Shown here: one piece after another, positions 1 through 9,403 of the stretch
Position numbering within the stretch: position 1 is the stretch's first letter
Layout: each line of letters starts with the position of its first letter
Source: Planctomycetota bacterium
GTDB lineage: Bacteria; Planctomycetota; UBA1135; UBA2386
DNA length: 64,000 bases
Direction: 5' to 3'
Assembly (NCBI GenBank): GCA_965223545.1
Contig: OZ245006.1
Coordinates: forward strand, 2,368,001-2,432,000
Made by a program: the position numbers and the translations under genes
Notes under the pieces: model-generated
What the model was told of the DNA's origin: nothing
The model's input: only the letters and a program-made list of their open reading frames with translations
Databases searched by the model: none

Positions 1-213
1 GGCCTGTGTTCCTCCGAGCTGCGCTACCGACCCGGACCGACCTGGCCGCTGGCCCCGACCCAGCCCGCCCACCACTGAAAGCGCATCGCGGTCGAGGGCG
101 TTCGGCCGGCGGAGGGTCTCTCCGCGACTCGACGCGCCGGCGTTGTCGCTCTGGCCAGCGGCGTTGCCTCGAGAATGTTGTCGCCGCTCGACGATTCGTG
201 GCGCCAGAGACTC

Positions 214-978
214 TTAGCAGGAGCGCAGCTGAAGGTCGGAGCTGGCGACCCACTGCTCGCGGCGGCCGTCGTCGAAGCCGACCTGCAAGTAGCCCTCCGG
301 GCTGAGGTCGAGCACGGTGACCTCCGCCTCGGCCGTGCCGGCGCGCACCACGCGGGCACGCCGGCCCAGCATGCGCGTCCTTTCGCGCCACTCGGCGACC
401 AGGTCGGCGCCGCCGTCGTACAGCTTTTCGAGCCGAGCCATCAACCCGCGAAAGAGCGCGCCGCGGTCGTGGCGGTGACCGCTCAGCATGCGCATCGAGA
501 CCGCGATGTCGGCGATGCACTCCGGCAAGCGACTCTGATTGATGTTGACCCCGATGCCGAGCACCCACGCCGTCTCGCCATCTGGCAGCCGCGCCGACTC
601 GATCAGCGCACCGCTGATCTTGGCATCGCCCACCAAGACGTCGTTCGGCCACTTGACGTGGGCGTCGAGGCCGTAGTCCTGCCGCAGCAGATCGACCAAG
701 GCGATCCCCGGCAAGAATGACACCGGCATCTTGCGCAACGGGGCCCGCAACACGAGCGAGAGCCAAAGCCCGTCGGCGTCATCGGACTCCCAGCGACGAC
801 CGCCGGTGCCGCGCCCCTTGGTCTGCCGATCGGCGACGAAGGTGGTGCCCTCGGGCAGCGGCGCGCCCGCCAGCGCGTCGATGGCGCGCGCATTGGTCGA
901 GTCGACGCGCGCGGCGGCGATCAAGCGACGGCCGAACCGCGCCGTCGTCAACCCAACGTTCCAGGCGTCGGTCGACAT
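214..978 (-). CDS. birA: Biotin--[acetyl-CoA carboxylase] ligase, no N-terminal HTH
   Basis: Motifs VDSTN, QTKGRG, VKWPNDV, KISGALIE, LGIGVN and a C-terminal SH3-like region. Confidence 0.92.
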   Translation of the reverse strand: MSTDAWNVGLTTARFGRRLIAAARVDSTNARAIDALAGAPLPEGTTFVADRQTKGRGTGGRRWESDDADGLWLSLVLRAPLRKMPVSFLPGIALVDLLRQDYGLDAHVKWPNDVLVGDAKISGALIESARLPDGETAWVLGIGVNINQSRLPECIADIAVSMRMLSGHRHDRGALFRGLMARLEKLYDGGADLVAEWRERTRMLGRRARVVRAGTAEAEVTVLDLSPEGYLQVGFDDGRREQWVASSDLQLRSC

Positions 979-1013
979 GGATGCGCGCGCCCGCGATCAG
1001 CGGAGGGGGCGGC

Positions 1014-1598
1014 TCAGCCCTCGGCGCCGAGCTCGCGCGGCGCCGGGCTGGGCGGCGTCGATGGGACGACGCCATTGCCGGCCGCGGCGTCCTTCCGGCG
1101 CGGCTTGCGCTGGCCGAGCAGCTCGCGCTGCAGCTGCTCGCCGAGGTCGTGGTCGGCATTGCGGCGCTGCTCGACGATCGATCGCAAAAGGGCATCGGCG
1201 TCGCCGGCGTTGCCGCAGACCAGTCGCTGCGCTTGCGCCTTGGAATCGTAGGCGCGCGCACCCTTCATCACCGGGCACAGCCACACCCCGTCGGTGCTGC
1301 GCACCGCGGCGCCGTCGGGAACTTCGAGCCAGTCGCCGGGCGCGATGGCACCACCGGCCTCGGAGAGCCGGTCCCGGTTCTCGGGCTCGATCGGACGGTC
1401 ATCGTCCAACAGGTACGTCGGTGTGACGTCGTAGTGCTTGCACAGCGACAACAGCATCGGCAGCGTCGGCAACGAGCGACCCTGCTCGAGGTGCGACATC
1501 GTCGCCGGCCGCACCCCGAGGGTTTTCGCGGTGGCGCCCTGCGGTTCGCGCTTGTGCCGGGTGCGGAGGTAGAACAGCTTCAGGTGGAGTCGCTGCAT
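1014..1598 (-). CDS. XRE/Cro-family HTH transcriptional regulator
   Basis: N-terminal LR...Q...AKTLGVRPATMSHLEQGRSLPTLPMLLSLCKHYDVTPTYLL is a typical HTH_3 pattern; start taken at MQRL (1598). Confidence 0.8.
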   Translation of the reverse strand: MQRLHLKLFYLRTRHKREPQGATAKTLGVRPATMSHLEQGRSLPTLPMLLSLCKHYDVTPTYLLDDDRPIEPENRDRLSEAGGAIAPGDWLEVPDGAAVRSTDGVWLCPVMKGARAYDSKAQAQRLVCGNAGDADALLRSIVEQRRNADHDLGEQLQRELLGQRKPRRKDAAAGNGVVPSTPPSPAPRELGAEG

Positions 1599-1771
1599 GG
1601 GAGCTGGGGCAGGAGGGGGCGGAACTGAGGCGAGGGAGAGGGCCCTCGGAGGACGGAGGAGAGTAACATGCAGCACGGCCCGCGGAAACCGCCACGCCAA
1701 CGGCGAAACCCCCGCAGCGACAAGCCCTTGCGCGGGTGCTCGGGGGACGGAACCGCGGATTTGCCGATGCC

Positions 1772-2563
1772 ATGGGCACTCTGTCACGGTCAAAGTCCCC
1801 GATTCCGCACCCTCCGCTCGCGGTCCTGGAGCCCCCGGACCCGGTCCGCGCTCGCGCCCTGGCCGCCCGGCTCCAGCTCCCCCTGGCCGCGGAAATGCCC
1901 ACCGAAATCCCCTGGGTGCTGATTCATGAAGAGGACCGTCTGAAGCTGGCGTGGACGGGGCCGCAAGCGCCGGGTCCGGTGGAGGTCGACTGGGTCGCCG
2001 GGGCCACCGCCCACCGCTGGCGAGGCAACCCCACGCGACGCCAGCCGCTGCTGCGAGCGCTCGGCCAGCGCACGGGGGTGCGCACCGTGTTCGACGCGAC
2101 TGCCGGGCTCGGGCGCGACGCGTTCGTCGCCGCGTGTGCGGGGCTCGAGGTGCTGGCCGTCGAGCGGGTCGGAGCCATCGCCGCCCTGCTCGAGGACGGC
2201 GCGCGCCGCGCTGCGGCGCACCCTGAAACCAGAGCCGCGCTGGGCGGGCGGCTGTCGGTGCGCTGGGCGGACGCGCACGCCGTGCTGGCCGAGCTGGCTC
2301 CGGACCGAGCGCCCGACGCGGTCTACCTCGATCCGATGTTCCCGGAGCGGCGCAAGAGCGCCAAGGTCAAGAAGGAGATGCAGCTGTTCCAAGCGCTGGT
2401 CGGCGACGACTCCGACGCGGCGGCACTGCTCGCGATGGCGCGCACCCACGCGCGGCGCCGGTGCGTCGTCAAGCGACCGCTGCACGCCCCGCCGCTCGGC
2501 GGCACACCCGACGCTGTGGTGCGCGCGGCGCGCGTGCGCTGGGACGTCTATCTCACCGGGTGA
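1772..2563 (+). CDS. rsmJ: 16S rRNA m2G1516 methyltransferase (RsmJ/YhiQ family)
   Basis: VFDATAGLGRDAFV, VYLDPMFPER-KSAKVKKEMQLFQ, VVKRP and RWDVY motifs; start uncertain. Confidence 0.88.
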   Translation: MGTLSRSKSPIPHPPLAVLEPPDPVRARALAARLQLPLAAEMPTEIPWVLIHEEDRLKLAWTGPQAPGPVEVDWVAGATAHRWRGNPTRRQPLLRALGQRTGVRTVFDATAGLGRDAFVAACAGLEVLAVERVGAIAALLEDGARRAAAHPETRAALGGRLSVRWADAHAVLAELAPDRAPDAVYLDPMFPERRKSAKVKKEMQLFQALVGDDSDAAALLAMARTHARRRCVVKRPLHAPPLGGTPDAVVRAARVRWDVYLTG

Positions 2564-2700
2564 AACGACGCGCGCGGATACCGGCGGAAAGCCGCGCACC
2601 CTTTTGCAGCTCCCCGACATGCAAGGGATTGACCGACGCCAGCGCGCGCTACCCCGCCGGCGTTCGGGTCGCACCATTCTTCAACACGACGAGGATCCCG

Positions 2701-3228
2701 ATGCGTTCTCCCCTGCTCACCGCCATTCTGCTGCTCGCGCCGTGCGCCCCGCTGACCGCCCAAAACGGCGACACCGCCGTCGCCAACGCAACGAAGCCGG
2801 CGCCGACTGCCGACCAGCTGCGTGCCAAGTGGGACAAGTTCGCGGCCAAGCTGCCAGAGGGCACTTTGAAGCGGCTGAAGTCGACGCCCGCCGACCAGCT
2901 CACCGAGGACGACCGCGCGCTGCTGAAGAAGATCAAGGCCTTCCGCGCCAAGATCGCCGAGACGGAGAAGGCAGAGGTGGCCCGTGCGGAGGCCAAGACC
3001 AAGGCGGTGATCAAGGAGCTGTTCATGAAGCTGCCCGAGGAGGTGCGGGCCGACTGGAAGGCGGGCAACCTCGACGTCGCCGCGCTGCCCGACGACCAGC
3101 GCGCCGTGATCAAGAAGATCAAGAAGCTGAAGACGGCGCACAAGGCCAACGACAAGACCAAGGCGAAGGCCAAGGCCAAGAAGGACGGCAAGCGGAAGAG
3201 CGACCGGGGCGCCAAGACGCTGCGCTGA
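2701..3228 (+). CDS. Secreted Lys-rich helical hypothetical protein
   Basis: Signal-peptide-like N-terminus MRSPLLTAILLLAPCAPLTAQ; strong coding codon bias; internal KLPE...KKIK duplication. Confidence 0.7.
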   Translation: MRSPLLTAILLLAPCAPLTAQNGDTAVANATKPAPTADQLRAKWDKFAAKLPEGTLKRLKSTPADQLTEDDRALLKKIKAFRAKIAETEKAEVARAEAKTKAVIKELFMKLPEEVRADWKAGNLDVAALPDDQRAVIKKIKKLKTAHKANDKTKAKAKAKKDGKRKSDRGAKTLR

Positions 3229-3351
3229 TCGGCCCGACCCGTCTCGCGCACCGCCAGCCGCCGCCCGCGCGCGCCGTGGTGAACACCCGTGGGGACCACG
3301 GTGTACTTTTTCGGTACCCCGAGGGCCGCGCGCTGCATCCTGGACGCAGAG

Positions 3352-3921
3352 ATGCGGATCGCACCCACCGACCGACCCGACGGCCGTGACCCCGCCGGGC
3401 GCGCGGAGCCCGCGGATGGCGGCGAAGCCGGCTGGATCGGCCGCCACCAGGCAGCGGTCTGGCGCTACTTGCGGTTCCTCGGGTGTCCGCCCGGCCTGGC
3501 CGAGGACTTGACCCAGGACGCGTTCCTCGCCGCCATCGAGCACCGCATCGCCACCGCGCAGCCGGCCACCACCGCGGCCTGGCTCCGCACGACCGCCCGC
3601 AATCTGTGGTACATGCATTTGCGCAGCCAGCGACGGCAGCCGGTGATCCGCGACATCGCCCTCGCCGACGAGGTATTTCAACGCCACCTCGGCGACGAGG
3701 AGCACGGCGACCGCTACATGACCGCCCTCGACCACTGCATGCACCGCCTCGACGACCGCCAGCGCCGGGCACTCCAGCTGCGCTACGCCGACGGTGCATC
3801 GCGCGCCGCGATGGCGACCGCGCTGGGCATCGGCGAAGCCGGCGTGAAGGCCTTCCTGCGCCGAGTCCGGGACCGCTTGCGGCAGTGCATGCGAGCACGC
3901 CTGCAGCAGGAGGGACGGTGA
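3352..3921 (+). CDS. ECF sigma-70 factor
   Basis: Region 2 (VWRYLRFLG..AEDLTQDAFL, AWLRTTARN) and region 4 (LDDRQRRALQLRY...VKAFLRRVRDRLRQC). Confidence 0.9.
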   Translation: MRIAPTDRPDGRDPAGRAEPADGGEAGWIGRHQAAVWRYLRFLGCPPGLAEDLTQDAFLAAIEHRIATAQPATTAAWLRTTARNLWYMHLRSQRRQPVIRDIALADEVFQRHLGDEEHGDRYMTALDHCMHRLDDRQRRALQLRYADGASRAAMATALGIGEAGVKAFLRRVRDRLRQCMRARLQQEGR

Positions 3922-3922
3922 G

Positions 3923-5128
3923 GTGACTCGGCGCGAAGAGCTCGAAGACCGGCTGCTGCAAGCGGCGCTCGAGGAGCGACTCGGCGCACAGCCCGCCCCT
4001 GATCTGCGCGACCGCGTCCTCGGCGCCTCGGCCGAAGACCGGCGCGCGGCCGCGCGCCGCGCCGACCGCGCGCAGAACGCCCGCGGGCCGAGAGTGTGGC
4101 CACGTGTCGCCGCGGTGCTGGCCGCCGGCGTCCTGGTGGTCATGGCGGTGCAGTGGCTGCGAGAGGAGGACGATCGACAGATCCGCCCCACCGACGTCGC
4201 CGAGCTGCGCGCGTTGTTGGCAGAGCTCCGCGCGGTGCGGATCACCGCGCTGCGCAGCCAGCGGCACGACGTGCTGTTCGACCCGGCCCTCGACCGCGAG
4301 CTGTCGTTGTCAGGGACCGCCGTCGACGCGTTCGCGCGGGCCGCGATCGCCTCCGCCGGCTCGACCGCGCCGCTGCCGCCGCAGCTGGAAGTGGCGGGCC
4401 ACCGCCTCGAGCTCGCCGTGCCCGGCGGCTACCTGCTCGCCGCATTGCTGCCCGGCACCCCGGCGCGATGGCGCGTCGACGGGCTCGGCGATCTGCCCGC
4501 CAAGCCAGAGCTATCGGCCGCCCTGCAGCCCTCGTTCGACGCCCTCGATGCGCGCGTCCGCGCCGCGCAGGGTTTGGTGTTCGCCAGTGCCGAGCTCGAC
4601 GCCGCATTCGGCATCGCCGACGACGCGCCGGCGCTGCGACTGTTCGGCATCGATGACCGCGGCCTGCTGGGACTGGCTCGCTTCGAGGCGCTGCAGCGCC
4701 TCGATCTGAGCGGGTGCCGCAAGACCATGGGCGCCGGCCTCAAGGTGATCGCCAAACTGCCCACCCTGGTCGAGCTCGATGTGACCGGCTGTGCGGTCTG
4801 GCCCCTCGCCCTGCTGACGATCTGCGAGAACAGCCCTCTGCGCACGCTCGACTTGACCGACACTCGACTGTTCTTGCCGTCACCGACCACCGCGAAGAGC
4901 AAGGGCAAGGAGTTCAAGGCCATCGCGATCGCCACGCGCACCCTGGCGGAACGCGGCACGCTGACCGATCTCCGGCTGGCGCGCAGCCAGCTGGCGACCC
5001 CGGAGATGCTGCGCAACCTGCTCGACGCGTCGGCGCTGCGCAGGCTCGACCTGACCAGTTGCGACGTCGATGCCACCCTGTTGGCGAAGCTGAAGGCGCG
5101 CCTGCCGCAGTGCGAGATCTTGCACTGA
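3923..5128 (+). CDS. Putative anti-sigma factor: one TM helix plus C-terminal leucine-rich repeats
   Basis: Starts 1 nt after the ECF stop; TM VAAVLAAGVLVVMAVQWL; LRR units LQRLDLSGC, LVELDVTGC, LRTLDLTDT, LRRLDLTSC. Confidence 0.7.
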   Translation: MTRREELEDRLLQAALEERLGAQPAPDLRDRVLGASAEDRRAAARRADRAQNARGPRVWPRVAAVLAAGVLVVMAVQWLREEDDRQIRPTDVAELRALLAELRAVRITALRSQRHDVLFDPALDRELSLSGTAVDAFARAAIASAGSTAPLPPQLEVAGHRLELAVPGGYLLAALLPGTPARWRVDGLGDLPAKPELSAALQPSFDALDARVRAAQGLVFASAELDAAFGIADDAPALRLFGIDDRGLLGLARFEALQRLDLSGCRKTMGAGLKVIAKLPTLVELDVTGCAVWPLALLTICENSPLRTLDLTDTRLFLPSPTTAKSKGKEFKAIAIATRTLAERGTLTDLRLARSQLATPEMLRNLLDASALRRLDLTSCDVDATLLAKLKARLPQCEILH

Positions 5129-5198
5129 CGCAAACAGGACAACCGATGCGCCGCCGGTCATGGTGCCCCCGGGGCCACCGCGCTACCGTGGCGCGCGC

Positions 5199-6188
5199 AT
5201 GCGCAACCACCGCCCGACCGGCTGGGGTGGCGAGCCGGTGGCCGCGCCCACCCTCGCCGAGCTGCAGCGAGCTGCCGAGTGGCTCGACGGCCGCGTGGTG
5301 CGCACGCCGCTGCTGCGGTTGGCGGATGACGCGAGCGCGCCGATCTTCCTCAAGCCCGAGGTGCTGCAGCCGATCGGCTCCTACAAGCTGCGCGGCGCGC
5401 TCTACTGGGCACACCGCCTCCCCGCCGAGGCGCGTGGCCGCGGCCTGCTGACCTGCAGCGCCGGCAACACCGCGCAGGCCCTCGGCTACGCCGCGCGCGA
5501 GTACGGGGTCACGGCGTGTTCTAACTTGCCCGACAGCCTGCCCGACAACAAGCTCGCGGCGATCCGCGGCTACGGCATCGAGCCGGTGCGCATGCCACTC
5601 GAGCAGCTGATCCTCTACATGCTCGAAGAGCGTTGGCGCGACGACCCGCGCTGCTACCTCAACCCATGGGGCGACGCCGACATGATCGCTGGCAACGGCA
5701 CCATCGGCCTGGAGATCGCCGAAGACCTGCCCGCGGTCGACACCGTGTTCGTGCCGGTCGGCGGCGGCGGCCTGATCGCCGGCGTCGGCGCGGCGCTGCG
5801 CTTGCGCTGCCCGCGCGCGCGGATCGTCGCCGTGCAGTCCGCAGCGTCACCGGCGCTGGCGCGGTGCTTCGAGCGCGGCGCACCCGTCTGGGTCGAGTCG
5901 CGGCCGACGTGGTGCGAGGGCACCAGCGTGCCCGTCGTGGTCGACGAGATGCTGCCGCTGCTGCGCTCGGTGATCGACGAAGTGGTGACGGTCGAGGACG
6001 GCCCCGTGCGCGGCATGATTCGGCGGCTGGCGCTCGACCACAAGCTGGTGGTCGAGGGCTCCGGCGCGATCGCCGCTGCGGCCGCGGTCGCCGCAGGCGG
6101 CACGCGCGGCACGAGCGTGTGCATCCTCAGCGGGGGCAGCCTGTCGGCGGCGCGCCTGATCGAAGCCCTGTCGACATCCGAGTCTTGA
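5199..6188 (+). CDS. PLP-dependent threonine/serine dehydratase or racemase family (fold type II)
   Basis: LKPEVLQPIGSYKLRGA (PLP lysine), SAGNTAQA, VPVGGGGL, ILSGG; start could be 5160. Confidence 0.88.
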   Translation: MRNHRPTGWGGEPVAAPTLAELQRAAEWLDGRVVRTPLLRLADDASAPIFLKPEVLQPIGSYKLRGALYWAHRLPAEARGRGLLTCSAGNTAQALGYAAREYGVTACSNLPDSLPDNKLAAIRGYGIEPVRMPLEQLILYMLEERWRDDPRCYLNPWGDADMIAGNGTIGLEIAEDLPAVDTVFVPVGGGGLIAGVGAALRLRCPRARIVAVQSAASPALARCFERGAPVWVESRPTWCEGTSVPVVVDEMLPLLRSVIDEVVTVEDGPVRGMIRRLALDHKLVVEGSGAIAAAAAVAAGGTRGTSVCILSGGSLSAARLIEALSTSES

Positions 6189-6199
6189 AGGGCTGAGCA

Positions 6200-7516
6200 A
6201 TGGCCGGCAGCACGCAGCCCCAGGCAGAGGATTCCAGACCACGGGTCGTGGTGGTCGGCGCCGGCTTCGCCGGCTTGCACGCGGTGCGCGGCCTGGCGCG
6301 GTCCCGCGTGCGCATCACCCTGATCGACCGGCGCAACCACCACCTGTTCCAACCGCTGCTGTATCAGGTGGCGAGCGCCGCCCTCGACCCCAGCGACATC
6401 GCCTATCCGATCCGCTCGATCTTCCGCCGGCAGAAGAACGTCGAGCGCATCCTGCTGGCGACGGTGCGCGGCATCGACACCGACGGTCGCGCGGTCGAGC
6501 TCGACGACGGCACCCGCCTGGCCTGCGACTGGCTGGTGCTGGCCACCGGCGCGACGCACTCCTACTTCGGGCACGACCAGTGGCAGCAGCACGCACCCGG
6601 GCTGAAGACGATCGAGGATGCGCTCGAGATCCGGCGGCGCGTCCTGCTCGCCTTCGAACGCGCCGAGCGCACGCCGGAGCAGCGTGAGCGGCTGCTCACC
6701 TTCGTCGTCATCGGCGCCGGTCCCACCGGCGTCGAGCTGGCCGGCGCACTGATCGAGATCGCGGTGCACGCCCTGGCGAAGGACTTCGACGCGATCGACC
6801 CGACCAGCGCGCGAGTGGTGTTGGTCGAAGGCGGCAACCGCGTCCTCCCCGCCTATCCGGAGACGCTGTCGGCGAGCGCGCGCCAACAGCTCGAGAGCCT
6901 GGGCGTCGAAGTCCGCTGCGACGACACGGTGACCGCGATCGACGCGCACGGGATCACGCTGCGCAGCGGCGCGCGCCTCGAGGCCGCGACGGTGCTCTGG
7001 GCCGCTGGCGTGCAGGCATCGCCGCTGGCGCGCGCCCTCGACCGTCCGCTGGACCGCGCCGGCCGCGTGCCGGTGGCGCCCGACCTGTCGGTGCCCGACC
7101 TGCCGCGCGTCTTCGTCGCCGGCGACCTGGCAGCGGTGCGCAGCGACGACCGCCCGGTGCCGGGCGTCGCGCCGGCCGCGATCCAGATGGGCGCGCACGT
7201 CGCCCGCCAGATCCGCGCCGACCTCGCCGGCGACCGCCGCACACCGTTCCGCTACTCGGACAAGGGGTCGCTGGCGACCATCGGCCGCGCGCGCGCGGTC
7301 GCCGACCTGGGCCGGCTGCGCTTCGGCGGATGGCTCGCGTGGGTGGCCTGGATGGGCATCCACGTCTTCTTCTTGATCGGCTTTCGCAACCGCGTCTTCG
7401 TGCTGCTGTCGTGGGCTTGGAGCTACGTCACGTTTCGCCGCGGCGCGCGCCTCGTCACCGGCCCGATCGCGGCGGTTCGGTCCGCCCCGGCTCCGCCGGC
7501 AGCGTCACCCGACTAG
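6200..7516 (+). CDS. ndh: Type II NADH dehydrogenase (FAD-dependent)
   Basis: Two Rossmann motifs (GAGFAG, GAGPTGVELAG), FQPLLYQVA, WAAGV, DKGSLATIGR. Confidence 0.9.
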   Translation: MAGSTQPQAEDSRPRVVVVGAGFAGLHAVRGLARSRVRITLIDRRNHHLFQPLLYQVASAALDPSDIAYPIRSIFRRQKNVERILLATVRGIDTDGRAVELDDGTRLACDWLVLATGATHSYFGHDQWQQHAPGLKTIEDALEIRRRVLLAFERAERTPEQRERLLTFVVIGAGPTGVELAGALIEIAVHALAKDFDAIDPTSARVVLVEGGNRVLPAYPETLSASARQQLESLGVEVRCDDTVTAIDAHGITLRSGARLEAATVLWAAGVQASPLARALDRPLDRAGRVPVAPDLSVPDLPRVFVAGDLAAVRSDDRPVPGVAPAAIQMGAHVARQIRADLAGDRRTPFRYSDKGSLATIGRARAVADLGRLRFGGWLAWVAWMGIHVFFLIGFRNRVFVLLSWAWSYVTFRRGARLVTGPIAAVRSAPAPPAASPD

Positions 7517-8894
7517 GCGCCGCGGGCGAGAGGGTCGACGCGGCGACGACCTGGTGCCACAGGGTCCGCCCGACGAGGGCGGGATCGGCGGGCACCTCGA
7601 CCAGCAGGCGCGCCCGGCCCGCGGCGTCGATCCGGCCGCCGGCCAAGCGGGCGGCGGGCCACAGCGAGATGTCCGCGACGCCGTCCTGCACGACGGGCAG
7701 GCCGCCCAGCACATCGAACACCGCGCCCGGCGCCAAGCCGCTCACCTCCAACGGCAGGTGCGCGCCCAGCGCGACCCGCGGCGCCGCTCGGAGTCGCGGC
7801 GTGCCCCCGGCCAGAGCGTTCTGCAGCGCGGCCAGGATCGCGAGCCGCCCCTGCTCGGTCGCCGGCGCGTAGTGCCATACACGGCCGACGATCTCCCAGG
7901 TGACGGGACTCTGGATCGCGTTGACGTAGAGCAACCCCTGCGGCACCGCCGCGGTGCAGTCCCGATCGCCGAAGACGAAGTGCACGGCGGTGGCGGGGTA
8001 GTCGAGCTGGGCCTGCGAATGCAGCACGCCGTCCTCGGGCAGCAGAGCGGGCTGACCGATCGCGGCGAGCCGCTGGCAGATGGTCATGCTGGCTTCGAAC
8101 ACGCAGGCAGCGGTTCCGCACTGCAGCGCGCCCGCCGGCACCAAACCCGCGCACTGCGTCGACCACGCTGCCGGCGGCGTGCCGCAGACCCAGTCGAGCC
8201 GCGTCATCGGCGGCCCGCCGCTGAGCACGACGGCATCCAGCAAGGTGTCGCGCTGCCAGGTGGTGAGCGCGTAGCCGATCTCGGCGGCACCGCCGGAATT
8301 ACCGGTGGCGCAGAAGGAGCCGACGCCGCCGTAGATTTGGTCGTGCACCCAAGTCAGCAGGGTGGCGTATCGGTTCGACAGCTCCTTGAAGCTGCTGTGG
8401 CCGAACCACCATCCGCTGGTCCAGCGCCGGTCGACGACCCGTAGACCGGCAGCCACCAGCTGCCGCACGAGCTCGTCACCGCCGTTGATCTGGGTGGTGA
8501 AGTCGGTACCCAAGCCGCCGCCTCCGACCAGGATGGTCCCGACCAGCGGCACGCTGGGGTCGGGCTCGACCACGCGCAACTCGACTTCGACCGACGGCAC
8601 CTGCGGGGAATCGACGCGCAGCAGGCGGCACGTGGTGTTGGCAAGCGGGCCGGGCCCACTCGGGCAGGTGGTGGCCGACAGCTCGGTCACCGTGCCGAGC
8701 GCCGGGGCGGTCGGCCCACCGCCGCCTCCTCCGCCCCCTCCGCCACCGCCGGGGCCGGGAGGTGGCGGGGCCGGGCCGCCTCCCCCACCGCCTCCGCAAC
8801 CCGCGGCGAGCAGGAGACCGGCGGTCGCGACGAGGCCCAGCCAGACCCGGTTCGCGGGATAGCAACGTCGGTCGGACTTGCGGCGCGACAGCAT
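7455..8894 (-). CDS. Lipoprotein with alpha/beta-hydrolase fold and C-terminal module
   Basis: Lipobox LAAGC then a Gly/Pro linker; nucleophile elbow GNSGG; candidate Asp (GDRD) and His (WHY); overlaps the ndh 3' end convergently. Confidence 0.65.
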   Translation of the reverse strand: MLSRRKSDRRCYPANRVWLGLVATAGLLLAAGCGGGGGGGPAPPPPGPGGGGGGGGGGGGPTAPALGTVTELSATTCPSGPGPLANTTCRLLRVDSPQVPSVEVELRVVEPDPSVPLVGTILVGGGGLGTDFTTQINGGDELVRQLVAAGLRVVDRRWTSGWWFGHSSFKELSNRYATLLTWVHDQIYGGVGSFCATGNSGGAAEIGYALTTWQRDTLLDAVVLSGGPPMTRLDWVCGTPPAAWSTQCAGLVPAGALQCGTAACVFEASMTICQRLAAIGQPALLPEDGVLHSQAQLDYPATAVHFVFGDRDCTAAVPQGLLYVNAIQSPVTWEIVGRVWHYAPATEQGRLAILAALQNALAGGTPRLRAAPRVALGAHLPLEVSGLAPGAVFDVLGGLPVVQDGVADISLWPAARLAGGRIDAAGRARLLVEVPADPALVGRTLWHQVVAASTLSPAAPSRVTLPAEPGRTEPPRSGR

Positions 8895-9047
8895 GGATGT
8901 GCGGTGCCCCGCATGTGCAGGGCGACCCACACTAGTTCTATCACGGACCGGGGGAACCGCGGAATCTACGGGTTCGGCGGCGTGAATCGGTCCTGGGGCG
9001 GCGTCCGGCCGATGCCACCAGGCGAACCGGACCGGCCGCAGCTCGAT

Positions 9048-9356
9048 CTACCAGAGCGTCGGGTTGTTCTTGGTGTCCTCTCGGAGCCGCGCGTGGTCGT
9101 GAGATCGCTCGGACCCCATGTCGACGAACCACAGCGACGAGAACCTGCCGCCACTCTCCTCGGCACGCCGCACTGCCGAGTGCTCGATGAGGATCGGCAT
9201 CAGCTCGATGACGACGATCCACGCCACGGGGAAGAGGACAACAACCCCGATCGTCCAGCCGATCGACACCCCGAGCGTCAGGACACCCGTCAGGAGCGCC
9301 ATGCAGGCGGCCAGAATCACGCTCTGCAGCAGGAGTGTCGCGCGGAACCTTCGCAT
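9048..9356 (-). CDS. Small membrane protein, hypothetical
   Basis: 102-aa ORF from MRRFRATLL with two hydrophobic helices, filling an intergenic gap. Confidence 0.5.
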   Translation of the reverse strand: MRRFRATLLLQSVILAACMALLTGVLTLGVSIGWTIGVVVLFPVAWIVVIELMPILIEHSAVRRAEESGGRFSSLWFVDMGSERSHDHARLREDTKNNPTLW

Positions 9357-9403
9357 CGGTGGGGGCAGCCCGCCCCATGGGAGCTGGATTTTACCCGAAC
9401 CGA

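Noticed and set aside
70..130. Glycine-riboswitch-like words on the minus strand (GGAGAGA...CCGAA...CTTTCAG) upstream of a GGAGG RBS at the window edge
   Set aside because: Key positions deviate (CCGAAC not CCGAAG, CAGT not CAGG), there is no convincing P2 stem, and the downstream gene is outside the window. An Infernal search with the glycine riboswitch model would settle it.
8715..8800. Low-complexity CCG/CCT tract
   Set aside because: Encodes the Gly/Pro linker of the lipoprotein; not a separate element
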